Both the position numbers and the translations under genes were made by a program. Of a stretch of DNA of 64,000 nucleotides, positions 63,492 through 64,000 are shown piece after piece (positions within the stretch are counted from its first letter, which is position 1; each line of letters begins with the position of its first letter). The stretch is from an uncultured delta proteobacterium. Lineage in GTDB: Bacteria > Myxococcota > Myxococcia > Myxococcales > Anaeromyxobacteraceae. The notes beneath the pieces are model-generated. The model made no database searches. It worked only from the letters and a program-made list of their open reading frames with translations, and was not told the DNA's origin. The DNA is taken from positions 1-64,000 of the forward strand of contig CAWJSR010000039.1 in NCBI GenBank assembly GCA_963845515.1, written 5' to 3'.

Positions 63492-63519
63492 ATTATACGA
63501 ACGGCCCCTTTCGCGTCAA
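63492..63519 (-). promoter_or_regulatory. Sigma70 promoter of the str operon
   Basis: TTGACG-16 nt-TATAAT followed by a GC-rich discriminator (CCGCGCC). Confidence 0.8.
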
Positions 63520-63677
63520 GCACTTTCGCGAAACCGCTTGATCTTTTCCCCGTTGGCACTCTCCGGGGCGGCCGCCTCTGGCATCCAGCAACCACACCCG
63601 AGCCGGTCGAGGGGGCGCAACCTACCCCTTTTCGTTCCCCGTGCCAACCCCCCCACTCCGATATCAACTCTTTGCGT

Positions 63678-63714
63678 AGAAACAAGGCCCGGCGCGCAGG
63701 AGCGCGCCAGGCCT
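63678..63714 (-). terminator. Intrinsic terminator after sod
   Basis: 13-bp stem aggcctggcgcgc/gcgcgccgggcct, then UGUUUCU. Confidence 0.65.
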
Positions 63715-63737
63715 CGGAGATGCGGCGCGAAAGGGAG

Positions 63738-64000
63738 CTATTGCAGCCGCTTCTCGACCACCTCCCAGCTCACGTTCTTGAGGAACGCGTCCAGGTACTT
63801 GGCGCGCTCGGTCGCGAGGTAGTCGCGCATGAAGGCGTGCTCCCAGCCGTCCATCACGAGGATTGGCCTGTACCCGGCGGGGACGTTGTTCTCGTGGAGC
63901 ATCACGAAGTGATTGGAGAGCCAGCCCGTGGACGGGTCCTGGAAAGTGAACGCCCACCCGATCCCGGGCATGGTCGCCACCCCCCGGAAGTCGGAGAGCC
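63738..64000 (-). CDS. Fe/Mn superoxide dismutase family, C-terminal part (runs off the window)
   Basis: GIGWA, PILVMDGWEHAF, YL..F..NVSW..VEKR. Confidence 0.85.
   Translation of the reverse strand, partial: LSDFRGVATMPGIGWAFTFQDPSTGWLSNHFVMLHENNVPAGYRPILVMDGWEHAFMRDYLATERAKYLDAFLKNVSWEVVEKRLQ

Overview
Very GC-rich bacterial DNA whose gene content and protein sequences suggest Myxococcota, probably Anaeromyxobacter-like (inference). Right part (~40.9-63.4 kb, minus strand): core translation cluster rpsL-rpsG-fusA-tuf, S10/spc/alpha operons, then rpsP-khpA-rimM-trmD-rplS; rplC is missing from the S10 operon and infA from the map-rpmJ junction. Middle (~16-41 kb): housekeeping and envelope genes (cbiMQO, lhgO, speA, ABC exporter, pfkA, rluD, MinD-like ATPase, lytic transglycosylase, sensor kinase plus sigma54 regulator, rsmI, YraN, a degenerate SMC-like protein). 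Left part: a 14-repeat beta-propeller surface protein, and an operon encoding a ~1750-aa Cys-paired repeat protein, a thioester alpha-2-macroglobulin and PBP1C. The most unusual structure is a ~520-bp foldback element between the macroglobulin gene and pbpC: a truncated DUF559/Vsr-like endonuclease flanked by nested inverted arms with REP-like hairpins. A solo copy of the hairpin lies at ~37.66 kb. About 13 apparent small frameshifts occur, mostly clustered at 6.6-13.4 kb, and may be assembly errors. No rRNA, tRNA or CRISPR array was seen.
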